From NCBI RefSeq assembly GCF_032062105.1, contig NW_026935304.1, forward strand, positions 1 to 63,637: DNA of 63,637 nt, in the 5' to 3' direction. Within the stretch, counting starts at the first letter, position 1. The number at the start of each line of letters is the position of its first letter. The position numbers and the translations under genes were made by a program. The notes beneath the pieces were generated by a model. That model saw only the letters and a list, made by a program, of their open reading frames with translations. It had not been told where the DNA came from and ran no database searches. This document shows positions 13,022 to 25,939 of the stretch, in pieces. The DNA is from Saccostrea cucullata (Eukaryota).

Positions 13022-14447
13022 TACACACAGCCACCAAACCCGTCAGTGACGTTAGAATCACAGCAACCTCCAATAACATATGTTGGGTATAACACCAACC
13101 ATCCCGTTACATTTATACCGGCCCCAGTCCCAAAGCGATTGTTATTGGAGGCATACCTTCTTACTCTCCTTCTAGGGTTCACTAGAGCGCAGTATTTGTA
13201 CCTGAGGCGTCCTGAATTAGGTATTGTGTACTTGTTCACTCTTGGATTTTTTGGGATGTGGGTGGGTGATCGATTTGTTTAGGCTCACTTTGTTGGTGTC
13301 TCTTATAACGTTCCTTTTCTTCCAGGACTTCATCCTTTTTATTTGAACAACATCGGGCTCGGCGTTGTTTACTTCTCCACATTCGGACTTTTCGGTGTCG
13401 GTTGGGTGGATGATACTTTCTTAATGTCGTACCATGTTAGAGAAGCAAACTTGTAAATCCCAGATTCTAAAGAAAAAAAGCACAGCCACCACGAGCATAT
13501 TAGCCATTTCCCCTGCGGATATCCTCGGTGCCCACCATTAATTATTACCTCAATAGAATTTGTTTTGGAATCGCCTACACGCTTACTTTCGGACTTCTTG
13601 GTGTTGGATACATCGTCGATTGATGCCGTTTCCCAATATTAGTTCAAAGATACAACAAAAGTAAAAGAAAGGGCGTTATTTCCCACAAACATTTAGATGA
13701 GCCTTATCTTCTGTGGTTTCCTCTCGGGTTTCTCGGCCTTCATCATTTCTACCTGAACAGACCGGGCTGGGGCTGTCTGTACTTCTTTACTTTCGGTTTG
13801 TTTGGGCTTGGTTGGATTATCGACGGATGTCGACTCTGCTCCTTGGTTACGGAATGTAACAGACAGATAGACGAACAGGTGCTCCGTCACAGCAACAACC
13901 AGGGAATTCCCAATCCTAACTTTGTAACCGGAAGTGTTGGAACGCAACAATGGCCACCAGCAGTGATATACATAATATTGAAATTAATTTTCATTGGAAT
14001 TGGCATCTAATTAAAATTCATCATTCAGATATTGGCACTGTTCTTTTCATTTTTTTTTTTGTAGCTGGAGGTCAGGTGGTCTCGAATTATACTTATACGT
14101 CAATACCATATCCACCTGGATACACCTTCAATTATCCCGCACAACCAGGGCTTTATCCAACAGGACCAACACAGCACAACGGTAAGTTAAGTCATCAGCA
14201 TTTTATCTAATACACCACAACGGATAGTTTAAAAAAAAAGGGTTCTCAAAAGTAAGTTTAACCATGTGAATTTTATTCAACACATCACAACGGTAAGTTG
14301 AGGCTTTATAAAGCACAGCAAAACGGTGTTTTTAAGCATCAGGACTTCATCTAACACAGCTTTATTAGACACAGCACAACAGTAAGATTAACCTTAAGGA
14401 TTTTATTTACACAGCACAACTTACATACCGGGTATATCATGTATATA

Positions 14448-15883
14448 CTGAAAGGAAAAAGAAACGCAGGGTAGCATGATATTCGAAAAAAAATTGACCG
14501 CATGACCGAAAATTACGAAAATTGGACAGGTGATAAATTTAGTTACTATGCACAAAAATCAGTGTTCAGAATTACTCAACCGTAAAACGTATGACGTCAC
14601 GTAGGGAAAACTCTAAAAAGCCGAAAACACGTACAATTTGATGACGACAAGTTTGTCAACAAATCTTGTTGCACCATTTGGTGACCTGTTGATTGATTGA
14701 TTGCATGTTGTTTAACGTCCCTCTCGAGAATTTTTCACTCATATGCAGACGCCACCACTTGCCGGTGGAGGGCTACAAATTTTTGTCCTATTCTCGGCAC
14801 TCAGGGCCATTGAGCAGTGAGGGATCCTTTTCGTGCCAGCACCTACTGCAACACGGGGCCTCGGTTTATACGGTCTCATCCGAAGGACCGATTTCCACGT
14901 CCCACAGTGGGATTCGAACCTGCGACGTAAGGATTGACTCCTTACTTCGCGACTCTAGAATTGCACCTGAAGTATGCACATTGTTTTTCAATATTTAGAG
15001 ACGATATGAATTTCTTGCAATCTTGGTACATTTTACGGAAGTTCCATGGAGTCTGGTTTTCGAATTGCCTAATTAATGGAAAAGGCAACAACGGGCCTAG
15101 AATGGTTTTCAATCTAATCTGACGATGATGTCAACGCGAAACAGAGTCATGTTACGAGCGGGCTATTCGTCCTGTCATCTCTTTAATCGCCACCTTACTG
15201 CCACAAAAACAGCTTTTTATACAGCGAACTGTTATAATCTTTACATTCACACAAAAAATGAAAGAAAACAATTCCGCAATGTGTTTTTTTTTGAGCCGAT
15301 CAAGTTACTGTTGTGCTCCTCTTATTGGCGCATGCGTGCGTCATATGACTAATTTTATGGCATGGTTACCCATGCCTAATATAGCCAGAGTTTGAAAGAT
15401 AAACACTCTGATGAATTCTATGCAATGGAGAAATAAGGTTCTGACAGATGCTCGGGAGAGAGATATTGAAGATTATGAGAGTTTTCAATTTTCACGTTTT
15501 GGGGGGTATCGTCATATGATCTTAAATAACTCATAATTCATGACTAATTTTATGGCATGGTTACCCATGCCTAATATAGCCAGAGTTTGAAAGATAAACA
15601 CTCTGATGAATTCTATGCAATGGAGAAATAAGGTTCTGACAGATGCTCGGGAGAGAGATATTGAAGATTATGAGAGTTTTCAATTTTCACGTTTTGGGGG
15701 GGTATCGTCATATGAGCTTAAATAACTCATGAATTATCAGACAAAATCAAATGGGATGTTGGTTATATCTTTTTGAGAGATGATTTTAAAGGTTAGCCTG
15801 GAGGAATACTGAAAAAAAAATTAAAAGAAAAATAAATTTAATTTACCTAAAAAATTTCCCCTGCGTGTTTTTTTTCCTTTCAA
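14448..15883. mobile_element. TA-flanked MITE, copy 2, with a nested SINE and a 195-bp internal tandem duplication
   Basis: Same TIR and body as 6820-7835. 15345-15539 is repeated from 15540. Confidence 0.88.
14688..14960 (-). mobile_element. tRNA-derived SINE
   Basis: B-box GGTTCGAATCCC on the - strand (~14909-14920) and a (GATT)n tail at 14688-14702. Absent from the sister MITE copy. Confidence 0.85.
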
Positions 15884-16799
15884 TAATATTAAGAACCAAC
15901 ACAACGTTAGTTATGTATATAATCAGCCATTAATATGCAAAACGTTCATTGCACTCTTATATCTATTTTGCAAATTCTTTATCTAAAATGAAAGTTGCAA
16001 TCTTTACCAAAAAAACAACTATGAAATCAATGTGCAGATATTGTATTTTGACATTCATCACCTGAACTTTGAACTCTATAATTTTTTATATTTACAGGAT
16101 ATGGATCTACTTCCGGTGTTAGCGATCAACCGCCTCCTTACGAAGCTGGACCGCTGTCAACTAAGGACCGATAACTCTCTTAAAACACAGTGTGTGTCAC
16201 TTTACTAATGAATTCTTATACGTCTTCATTTCTCAAGGACCTGTATCAATTACCTGTCTAACTAGACTGAATCAATGTGTCTACAGTTTTGACCAAAGTT
16301 GATTACTTGAATCGCCTTAGATTCAAATCCTAGTGGTTTGGTAAATAGGTGAAGCAAAGCAAGAAATCATCAAAATGAAAAGAAATATTTCAAATTTCAA
16401 ATGAATATTTTCCCTGTACTGTTTGCATTATTATGTGATCTTTAAAACATATCACTTTGTTATATTGTTTTATATTTTGCATGTTTTGTATGGAATAAAA
16501 GAAATTAAAGACACTTATTTTGCATCAACATCAGTAAGCCTTCATAAATCCAGCATCAAAATATTCACTATAAAATAGGGACACAATCACAAAAAATGTT
16601 AAAATCCTTGTGCGAGAAAAGGGGCTTAAATGTTTATAACCGGTTCATTGGTGTATAGTGGATGAGAGGTATTGACTATCCCTGAATGGGACAACAATCT
16701 ATGCCAAGTTACCAAAGGATGCGTTAGTTTTGAGTACAGTTGGGTAGTTCAATGCAATGCAGATAAAGTGTCTTGTCTAATTACACAACAACTTATCCC

Positions 16800-17030
16800 A
16801 CGGTGGAACGCCGAGACTGGTCCTTTGGAAGCGACCATATAAACCGAGGTCCCGTGTCGCATTACGTGTTGGTACGAAAAAGATCCTTTGCTACTCAATT
16901 ACTTGAAGAGCCGAGGATAGGACACAATTTGCAGCTCTCTAACGGCAAGTGGTGGTGTCCCCATATGAGTGAAAAAAAATATCTCAATGGACGTTAAAAA
17001 CAACAACAACAAAACAAAACAAAACCAAAA
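16800..17030 (+). mobile_element. 5'-truncated SINE of the same family
   Basis: taaaccgaggtcccgtgtcgca...ggcaagtggtggtgtc followed by a (caa)/(caaaa)n tail. Confidence 0.75.
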
Positions 17031-17334
17031 GAAATAATTTTCGTTCAGTTTTGCCCCTATCTGCCCGATGCAATGCTTCAGCATTCCTCTTTCTTTCTCT
17101 TGATGCCTTTTTTCTCTCCGTACAAATTAAGAATTTTCAAGTAAAGATATCATCTCTCTCATATGAGAAATAGTGTAGGTCTGTTTGTTGACTGGAGTGA
17201 ACACAAGATTCTTACTCGGTTATCAAATCCTCTACAGTCAATCTGCATATTTTTCCACTTCTGTTAGAAATTTAATGTTTTGCAACTGCTTTAATTCATT
17301 GGCAAATATATACATTTGTTTTTTATCTTTGTCT

Positions 17335-17495
17335 TTATACTTTCCATCCGGAAACAAACTGGGCAAAAATAAATCTACATAGTTTGCAAATTTCGTACGG
17401 ATGTTCACCTTACATGTATCCCTGGCTATCAAAACCAGTAGAAATGTATTTGAACAGTTTTCATATCCTTTACCCTGTTAATGATTGCAGTTTAC
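17335..17495 (-). pseudogene. Relic 3' half of a gC1q exon
   Basis: KGYENCSNTFLLVL...KVNIRT...SGWKV* with indels; homologous to the other C1q exons. Confidence 0.8.
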
Positions 17496-18083
17496 CTTAC
17501 AACGACATAATAACAACCACTGAATTTTGGAAATGATTCCTGATATATATGGTGATAATTACCTAAATAAAGAAAAATGACGATCAGAAAAGGGGATTTT
17601 AAGCTAAAGCCAAAATAACTTTATGATAACTACAATAACTAACTTTATATATAAAAAAATAAAATCTCATTGGAAACATTACCCTGTGCCATTACCTCTG
17701 ATTAATTATCAAATGTAATAAACATTAATGATGGATAGATAACGAACATTTTTTTACCATTATATAAAAATATCTTTCAGAAAATGTTTTTTTTTTACTT
17801 GAAACTTTGATTTGTTTTCTCAACAATAAAAATGATGGTTCATTTTTGAATGAATTATGAAGGAAATTATAAAATGATTGTTGTTTTGAAATATACAAAA
17901 TTGAATATCCTTTCTCTCATCAAAAAAATCAGTTCTCTTTTTTGAGTGATGGGAAGGGTCCTATATAGTGGCCAAACTAGTCTTGGAATAGCCATGTATT
18001 TTTTCCACTTCTATAAAATATAATAGAAAAAATATCTTATAACACCTGCTTTATTTTATATCTAAATGAATATACTATGGTCT

Positions 18084-20241
18084 TTATACTTTCCATCCAG
18101 AAAAAGTGGACCACAATCCCTGCAGATAGTCTGCATTTGCTGTACGGATATTAACTTTATCCCCAGCATTCAAAACAAGTGGAAAAGTACTTGAACAGTT
18201 TTCAAATCCTCCTCCACCCTAATTGTTACAATTTCCGAGTCCTTTTCTTTTTCCATTGAGAAGGATCTCCACGTCAAACAACTTTTTTGATGTTACACAA
18301 CTTGACCACGTAAAATCGTAAAGACCAACAGACGGCGCTGTGAACACACCCGTATGTTGATTGTATGCGTTTCCATAGTTAAAATATACACCATCGTACA
18401 CAACGTTAACGGGTGTTCCTCTTTGGAGGTGTAGTGTTTTTGTTGTGTATGCATTAAATGCAATAAATGTACCTGCAATATTACAAGCAAAATATTAGAA
18501 AAAAAAATAATGAAACAACAGCAAAAATAAGTATTACCTGTTCATAAGGTAACAATCAATTAAAACTGAAGACGATTCTAACGATTCCCAGTTATCATTT
18601 AATTTTCTTATGTAATTTGATTAAACTTGGCCTTTTCGCAATGTTAAATGCTTATGAAAAGTTTATGACAAATGATACCGTAAGTGAATATAACATGGAT
18701 TTCAAAATATAAATTCCAATTTTGCATTATCTTTATAATGTGCCAAATATTTTTATTTAAAAATACATTGTCATGTTGTTGCGGGTTCTTCCTTATTATA
18801 GTAAATAACAAAAGTCACAAGCGTTTTCACATTTATTTAGATTCCAATATCTGTACATAGTATATATTCCGGCTCCACAGTAACCATAACCGTTACACCA
18901 CACACCATACAATACTGAACACAGGACGTAACGTATGACGTGTAACCTGGAACGGAGGACGTATAACGGGACCTACATAACACAAAATTGTAAACACATT
19001 AAGTTACACATTTATACAGAAAGCAATTTTACATACAAGTTATTACCCACATAACCCACCATACACGTAAATGGGATAATAATGGGGTCAACATCACAGC
19101 GCTGCATCACAGAACTTGTATTAAATGCTTTTACACAATAATTACATTATTTTACATGTAACTTACACTAACACACAATAACTTTAATTACATAGTTACT
19201 TTACTGTTTAGAATCATAATGAAACTCAATACGACAATGCTAGAGCCGATACTTTCAATTAACACTACTCACTATAATATTTATAGAACATACAAACTAT
19301 ACAAACGAACGAACATTCAAACGAATAAACTAAAATTAAAACACGTTGAAATAACAAAGTTATCCCAGGACCGTTTAATTAACAAAACAGAGAAGAAAAT
19401 GTAAATAAAACATGTTACTCACCTCAGAAGTCAGTGTCTGTATTACGATAAAAAATATTATAACTTTGCAAAACTTGGACAGTAAAAATTGGTCAATCAG
19501 AGCTCGTGCTGTTACATCTTGGAAAGCCGGTTTTAAGAAGGGCGGAAGCCTAAACTCAGGTATATAAATACAGGTAATGTAGAGGTACCAAAGAGGGTGT
19601 TCGAAAAGAGATGCAGAATGGGAAAACTGAAAGAAACTAAGAAACAACGTTAGAACAAATATCACAGTAAATTTAAAATACCAACAAGATAAATAATCAA
19701 TACAACACCGTAAATGTGACACATGTATTCAAAAATGAAATATTAAAAGTACCTTTCGAAATAGTGCTTGGATCCTTTACACATCGATATTTGACCTCCA
19801 GATATTTAGAGTAATTAGGACACGGGTCTCCGAAGTGTTGAACATCGGCGTGAAGGTGGCATGTCCTGTACCCATTGCAATTCCATTTCGTCTTGATTTC
19901 AGACGCCTCCGAACGACAGGTACCTGTTTTGGTTTTACCAGAAGGACATACCTGTTCGTCCGTTCGTCCGTAGTTTGCAGATAAAATCTGAATCTGGGTT
20001 CCTTTGGTACATCTGATAAAACCTTTTTGACTATCACAGAGAGCAAACGACTGGTCTTAAATGTAAGAGATTTTCGGTTAGTTCTTATTACAGGTGAAAT
20101 GACAATTTTAAAAAAAAGTAACAAATGTAAAAGATGAAATTGCAAGATAATTTGTATAAGTATTTGGAATTCATCTGAAGTCTCCACGTGTCTGAATGCC
20201 GATGACAAAATCAAAACAGCAGCAGCTTGGAAAAAATGTAT
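18084..20241 (-). pseudogene. SUEL-lectin + C1q (C1qDC) pseudogene, copy A
   Basis: Signal exon 20241-20175 has ATG>ATA and donor GT>AT. SUEL exon 20055-19753 is open (303 nt, phase 1-1; ANYGRT...DPCPNYSKYLEVKYRC). gC1q exon 18472-18084 (389 nt) has an in-frame TAG at 18221-18219. Confidence 0.9.
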
Positions 20242-20434
20242 CTTTTGGCCTCCAAAGATATATAAATACATAGTATTCGATATGAATATTTCACCTCGTT
20301 CAATGAAAGATAAATAGGAAAATAAAAGAACAAACGCGCATATTTATAGATAATATGTGCGTGATTTAATGTAACATATGTAACTCAACTATGAAATTGA
20401 TATTTCGAAATTAAATTACATATACGTTTAAATA

Positions 20435-21505
20435 CGAGGGGTTATCAAAAAGTTCGTGGACTGAGGCTGTAAAATTAGAACTATATCGTCTGAGCTTACA
20501 AAAATTATAGGGAACATTAAACAACAAAAAATAAAGAAATGTTGAAAATTTTAGCTTGAACCGTTCATTATTTCCCAAATTATTATAAAATAAAAACGAC
20601 ATTCTATGATCACCCGGCGCCGTCGCCGCTTAGTTTCATGACGTCGAACAACGTCATTATTTTTCAATATCCGCTTCTTCTATACCTCGTACCCTTATTT
20701 TGATGAGATTCCTTAGAGCTGAGTTAAGACTTCAACCCATCTTGTTTTTATGATTTGACAATGTCATGAACAGCAGCTTTCAATGCATATATTATTGCAA
20801 ATGGATTTATACACTGGGAGACATCCTAGCTTGATTGTGCCAGCATATTTGTTTTTTGGAGTTCAGTATAGCTTAAACACATGACCAACGTCATTTTTTA
20901 GATTTTTCAAACCTTGACTACAAATCAACATTAACTGTGCATCCCTTTTCTCTCTAAATCTATTTTGGCATTAAAAAAAACAAGTAATCTGGATGCAAAT
21001 TATTTCTCCGTAGCCAATTTGAACATTTCCTAGGTGTATACCAGTTTTTCCAGGGAGAAAACATTGTAGAATGTTGGAAAAGGAAACCCCTCGCCCCCTT
21101 TGACGTCATTTTCAAGGCAATGTTTGTTTGGATACTGCATGTAAAATTAACGATAACATTTCATAGAACTTCCAGAATGAGGTAAACATTCCATATTTTA
21201 TGGAACAACAGTGTCCCAACACATACCTGAAATAACGGGAGTTTTGGATGTCAAATGTTCATATCAAATTAGTTCATCTTAGTTACACTTAGGTCGAAAA
21301 AACGGTCGTTTTGGAGGTTGCGCCGCCTGGACATACCATTGCTTACAAAAACTTTACTAATTTAATTAAAAATAAAATTTATGATTTGTGGCTAATTCTA
21401 TAGAAAGAAAAGATGATGATAACTAAATATTTTTAAATTAATTGATGTACCTAAAACGGTTTTAATTCTATGGCGCTAATCCACGAACTTTTTGATAGCC
21501 CCTCG
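20435..21505. mobile_element. Mariner-type MITE
   Basis: 26-bp TIR cgagggg(t/c)tatcaaaaagttcgtgga with 1 mismatch; TA flanks. Confidence 0.9.
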
Positions 21506-22119
21506 TATATGACCTTTTTTGCATTGAAATTTGTGTCGTGAACAAAAACACAATTTCAACATTTTTCCTCCAATGTTTTACACAATGCAATCATGAAATA
21601 ACCTATAAGTGTATTAAAGAAAAGGCATTTTAAAGGGACATGGACATAGTTTCATCTTATTTTTTAAAACCAAGTTTAATGGTTACAATTCCTAATTAAG
21701 GCAAGTGATCAGCAAAAATTTGAACATCATTTTTTGATAAATTACGATAGAGATACAGAACCTCAAATTCTTCATAATGTAAACAAGGCTCTGCTTTGTT
21801 ATGATTTACATATAGAGAATATATTTATAACTAAAAAAAACCAGATTCGGCAAATCACTTGAAACTGTCTAATCGTACTTAGAATAAACATCTTGCAATC
21901 AAATCATAACAAGAACCTTCTTTACAAGTGTTTGGAGCTCAAAAACCGTCTTGAATCTCAACATCTGAAATTTAAATTTTTAAAAACTTTAAAAATACCT
22001 TAGTTAAAAATTTGTAAATATAAATAAAATAGAAAAAAAATTAACTGATATATGAAAATGACTCGATTTTTTTTTTCATTTTTGGGGGGATAGAGGTATG
22101 TTTGTATCATCTGTCCTTA

Positions 22120-22804
22120 AGGTTTCGTCAAAGATTGACATGTCTAAAACTTATTTTTACAATAGCTCCAAAAACTATGTGTGGTATAAAGTCAAATTGT
22201 TTACAGTTTATAAATAAATCATTGATTACATGTAATAGATAGAAAGTATCACTTGATATAAAATATTAAAAAAAAAAAATTTCGAGAAAATATGTATCAG
22301 AAACTGTGCATTTTTGTGAAAATCATCATTGCAGAGAAAATATATGTTTATCATTGACGGGCAAGTTGGACTTGAAAGGTCTCTGAAAGGCTGTTATTGA
22401 AAGCATGACATGTATAAAGACAAGACCCCTGTAGAACCCGCCATTTGCAATTTACTTTCGCTTTCAAGTCTTAACATTGGGACAAAATAAACAGGGAAAA
22501 CAACTTTCCAGAGGCTATCCAAGTCCCACTTGCCCTTCATTGATAAACATAGTTTGTTTCTGCAATTGTGGTTTTCACGAAAAGCACGGAATTAACTTAG
22601 TGCATTTTCTGAAAATGAAAAAAAAATTAATTATTTTTTTCTCAATTTAAATATTTTTTCCATGTATTTTTTATCAAGTGACACTTTCTATATGTTAATC
22701 AATGAAAAAATTATAAACTGTAAGAGTTTTAATTTTATAGCTCACATAGTTTTGGAACTATTGTAAAAATAAATTTTTGAACATGTTGACCTTTGACGAA
22801 ACCT
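22120..22804. mobile_element. Foldback element with ~280 bp inverted arms
   Basis: aggtttcgtcaaag...ctttgacgaaacct. The arms match inward through aaaactatgtg, gaaagtatcacttgata and gggcaagttggacttg. Not seen at the paralogous position upstream of the pseudogene. Confidence 0.8.
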
Positions 22805-22933
22805 TATAATTAAGTAGATAAAAAAGTAAGTAAATTGAAATTATTTTTAAAACAGAGTTAACATTATTGTGTTTTATGTGATTTGATAGTTTTCTATTTT
22901 CCATTATTTCTCGTGTTTTTATATTTTGACAGA

Positions 22934-25236
22934 ATGTCTACGGAGAAAGAAACGCTTCAAACACGTCAAAAGAACCCTGCAGTCCCTGGGACAAACCAAC
23001 AAGGGACGCAACCTTTACCAGGCTACCAACAGCCCCATAGCTCCTATCAACAAACCCAGCCACAGTACACAAACTCTCAACTTCCAACGTACACACAGCC
23101 ACCAAGCCCGTCAGTGACGTCACAATCACAGCTGCCTCCAATAATATATGTTGGGTACAACACCAACCATCCCGTAACATTTATACCGGCCCCAGTCCCA
23201 AAGCGATCGTTATTTGAGGCGTACCTTCTGACACTTCTTCTAGGGTTCACTGGAGCCCAGCATTTCTACCTGAGGCGTCCTGAATGGGGTGTCGTGTACT
23301 TGTTCACGCTTGGATTCCTGGGATGTGGGTGGGTGATTGACCTTTTCAGGCTCCCTTTGTTGGTGTCTCGCTGTAACAAACAAGCGTCACATCCGGAGAC
23401 GACCGAGAAGAACAAGAAAAACCTGGACGACGCTTATGTATTATGGCTTCCGGCAGGTTTTATGGGTAAGAATTTTTAATGCAATGTTTCATCCAGAGCG
23501 TTTTTTTTTTACATCTCTCTCTCTCTTTCTCTCTTGCAGTTATATCCCAGATAGCAAGACATAGTTGGGCCAACGTTGGGCCAACATTAGCATCCTTAAT
23601 TAATTCCTTGGAACGTTAAGTGAATGGAAGTTGCTTATGTTGGACCAACGTCGGGCCAACATAGGAATTCCGACATGGTCGAGAAGGCTGACATGTTAAC
23701 GTAGGTCCAACGTTGGCCCAACGTTATTCCCCCATCGCCAATCATACAATTTAACCAATGTTGACCCAACATAGTCATGCTTTCTGGGATATGAATAAGT
23801 TCTACTATTTTCCATGATTTATAGAAGGTTATATTTTGTTTGCTTCTATAACGTCATTTTTTCCAGGACTTCATCACTTTTATTTGAACAACATCGGACT
23901 AGGCGTTGTTTACGTCTTCACATTCGGACTTTTCGGCGTCGGTTGGGTTGCTGATGCTTTCTTAATGCCGTATCACGTTAAAAAAACAAACTCCGACATC
24001 CCAGAAGATTCCAAAGAGAAAAGCGCAGCCACCACATGCATATTAGCCATTTCCCCTGCAGGGATCCTCGGTGCTCACCATTATTACCTCAATAGAATTT
24101 GTTTTGGAATCGCCTACACGCTTACTTTCGGACTTCTCGGTGTTGGATACATCGTCGATTGGTGCCGTTTCCCAGTATTAGTTCAAAGATACAACAAGAG
24201 TAAAAGAAAGCGTTTTATTTCCCACAAACATTTAGACGACGCTTATCTTCTATGGTTTCCTCTCGGATTTCTCGGACTTCATCATTTTTATCTGAACAGA
24301 CCGGGCTGGGGTTGTCTGTATTTCTTTACTTTCGGTTTGTTTGGGCTTGGTTGGATTATCGACGGATGTCGACTCTGCTCCCTGGTTACGGAATGTAACA
24401 AACAGATAGACGAACAGGTGCTCCTCCACAGCAACAATCAGGGAATTTCTAATCCGAACTTTGTAACCGGAAGTGTTGGATCGCAACAATGGCCGCCAGC
24501 AGGTGTGATATACATAATATTGAAATTAAATTTCTTCGACTTTGACATCTTTTTAAAAACGAATTATTCGATGATTGGCACTGTTTTTTTTTTAATTTTG
24601 TAGCTGGAGGTCACATGGTCTCTAATTATACACATACGTCAATACCGTATCCACCTGGATATACCGTCAGTTATCCCGCCCAACCAGGGCTTTATCCAAC
24701 AGGACCAATACAGCACAACGATAAGTTAAGTCATAAGCATTTTATCCAACACAGCACAACAGTAAGTTAAGTCATCGATCAGCATTTTATTCATTACAGC
24801 ACAAAGGGAAGTTAAATCATCAGCATTTTATCCAACACACCACAACGATAAGTTTAATCATCAAGAATTTATGCAGCACATTACAACGGTGAGTGTAGGC
24901 ACCAGGACTTTATGAAACACAACAAAACGGTGTTTTTAAGCATCAGGATTTTATCCAACAGAACACAGAAGTATAATACCAGTAATTAAAAGGTCATTGA
25001 CATGCAATACATTAATTTCACTCTGAGGTCTTTTTCGATGATTCTTTATCTAAAAAAAGCCCCAGCTGTTACAAAAATAGCTTTAAGTTCAATGTGCAGA
25101 TATTGTATTTTGCCATTCATCACCTGGACTTTGAACTCTATAGTTTCTCATATTTACAGGATATGGATCCACTTCCGGTGTCGACGATCAACCGCCTCCA
25201 TATGAAGCTGGACCGCTGCCAACCAAGGACAGATAA
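22934..25236 (+). CDS. Multi-pass membrane protein with four tandem TM2 domains, a Q/P-rich N-terminus and a C-terminal PPPY motif (~453 aa in the ancestral splice form)
   Basis: Exons 22934-23465, 23867-24502, 24604-24720 (or -24761), 25160-25236; ancestral introns phase 1. Four repeats of the TM2-like pattern L..G..G.HHFYL......G..Y..T.G..G.GW..D. Last exon GYGSTSGVDDQPPPYEAGPLPTKDR*. AATAAA at 25552 is shared with the paralogue. The exon-3 donor is AT rather than GT (see findings). Confidence 0.85.
23546..23788. mobile_element. CACTA/EnSpm-like MITE in TM2-gene intron 1
   Basis: CCC...GGG termini (cccagatagcaagac / gtcatgctttctggg), 2-bp AT TSD, internal gttgggccaac repeats. Confidence 0.8.
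24690..24965 (+). repeat. ~41-bp tandem repeat spanning the exon-3 splice donor (~6-7 units)
   Basis: Approximate unit cagcattttatccaacacagcacaacggtaagttaagtcat. Homologous array at ~14150-14420. Confidence 0.85.
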
Positions 25237-25607
25237 CTCTCTCAAATCCAGTGTGTGTTACTTTAATTTACATGTGGATGAAGATACGTCTTCATTTCAC
25301 AAGGACCTGTAACAATAACTGTTTACCTGTCCAACAGGACTGGCTGAATGTGTGTATAGTTTTGACCGAAGATGACGACTTCGCCTTAATGCATATTCTA
25401 GCAGTGATTTGATAAATTATTTGGTGTAGGAAAGGCAGTCAAGAATAAAAATGTATAGAAATATTTCATTGATTAGAATTTCAAATGAAATGATCTTAAA
25501 CACATATCACCCTGTACTGCTGTACGTTATAGTGATTTATATTTTGTATGGAATAAAAGCAAGAAAAAAGTAACTGATTATTCATCATAATTCATAATTA
25601 TTTAGTA

Positions 25608-25815
25608 CTGTAGATCACTTAAATTTCGCTACACCTTATTTTTGCGAGATGGTCATTGACTCTTTATTAGCGATACAAAATTTTTACGAATTGTGGTCAT
25701 TACTCCATATAATATTATGGAATTCTATTATAAGCGAGAATGAAATTTTCGTGAGCAAACCATCTCGCGTAACTACGCAAAAATAAAGTTCTCGCGAATA
25801 AAAAGTGATTTACTG
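25608..25815. mobile_element. Short TA-flanked MITE
   Basis: ctgtagatcactt / aagtgatttactg ends and a tcgcga-rich body related to 56507-56723. Confidence 0.65.
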
Positions 25816-25939
25816 TAGTATACAGAATCTATCATGAACATCAAGTCTATAATCTAGTGAGTCACGATGTCTGTTAAATGCTTTTCCGAGCCCTGAGGCA
25901 CCTGATCCTTATATATAAGCAGAGGAGAGTAATGGAAAG

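Larger units (their letters stand above)
11737..16174 (+). pseudogene. Pseudogene of the four-TM2-domain gene
   Basis: Paralogue of 22934-25236. Exon 1 is split by a Tc1 element (11873-13021). A ~0.5 kb deletion near 13301 removes the exon-1 end and most of intron 1. Stops and frameshifts in exon 2 (13327-~13962). Exon 3 (14085-14181) and last exon (16098-16174, ...DQPPPYEAGPLSTKDR*) are still recognisable. Confidence 0.92.

Noticed and set aside
19777-20271. 164-aa ORF as a gene (likewise 27818-28045)
   Set aside because: It runs through an intron and reads the SUEL exon in the wrong frame; the real frame has ANYGRT and DPC motifs.
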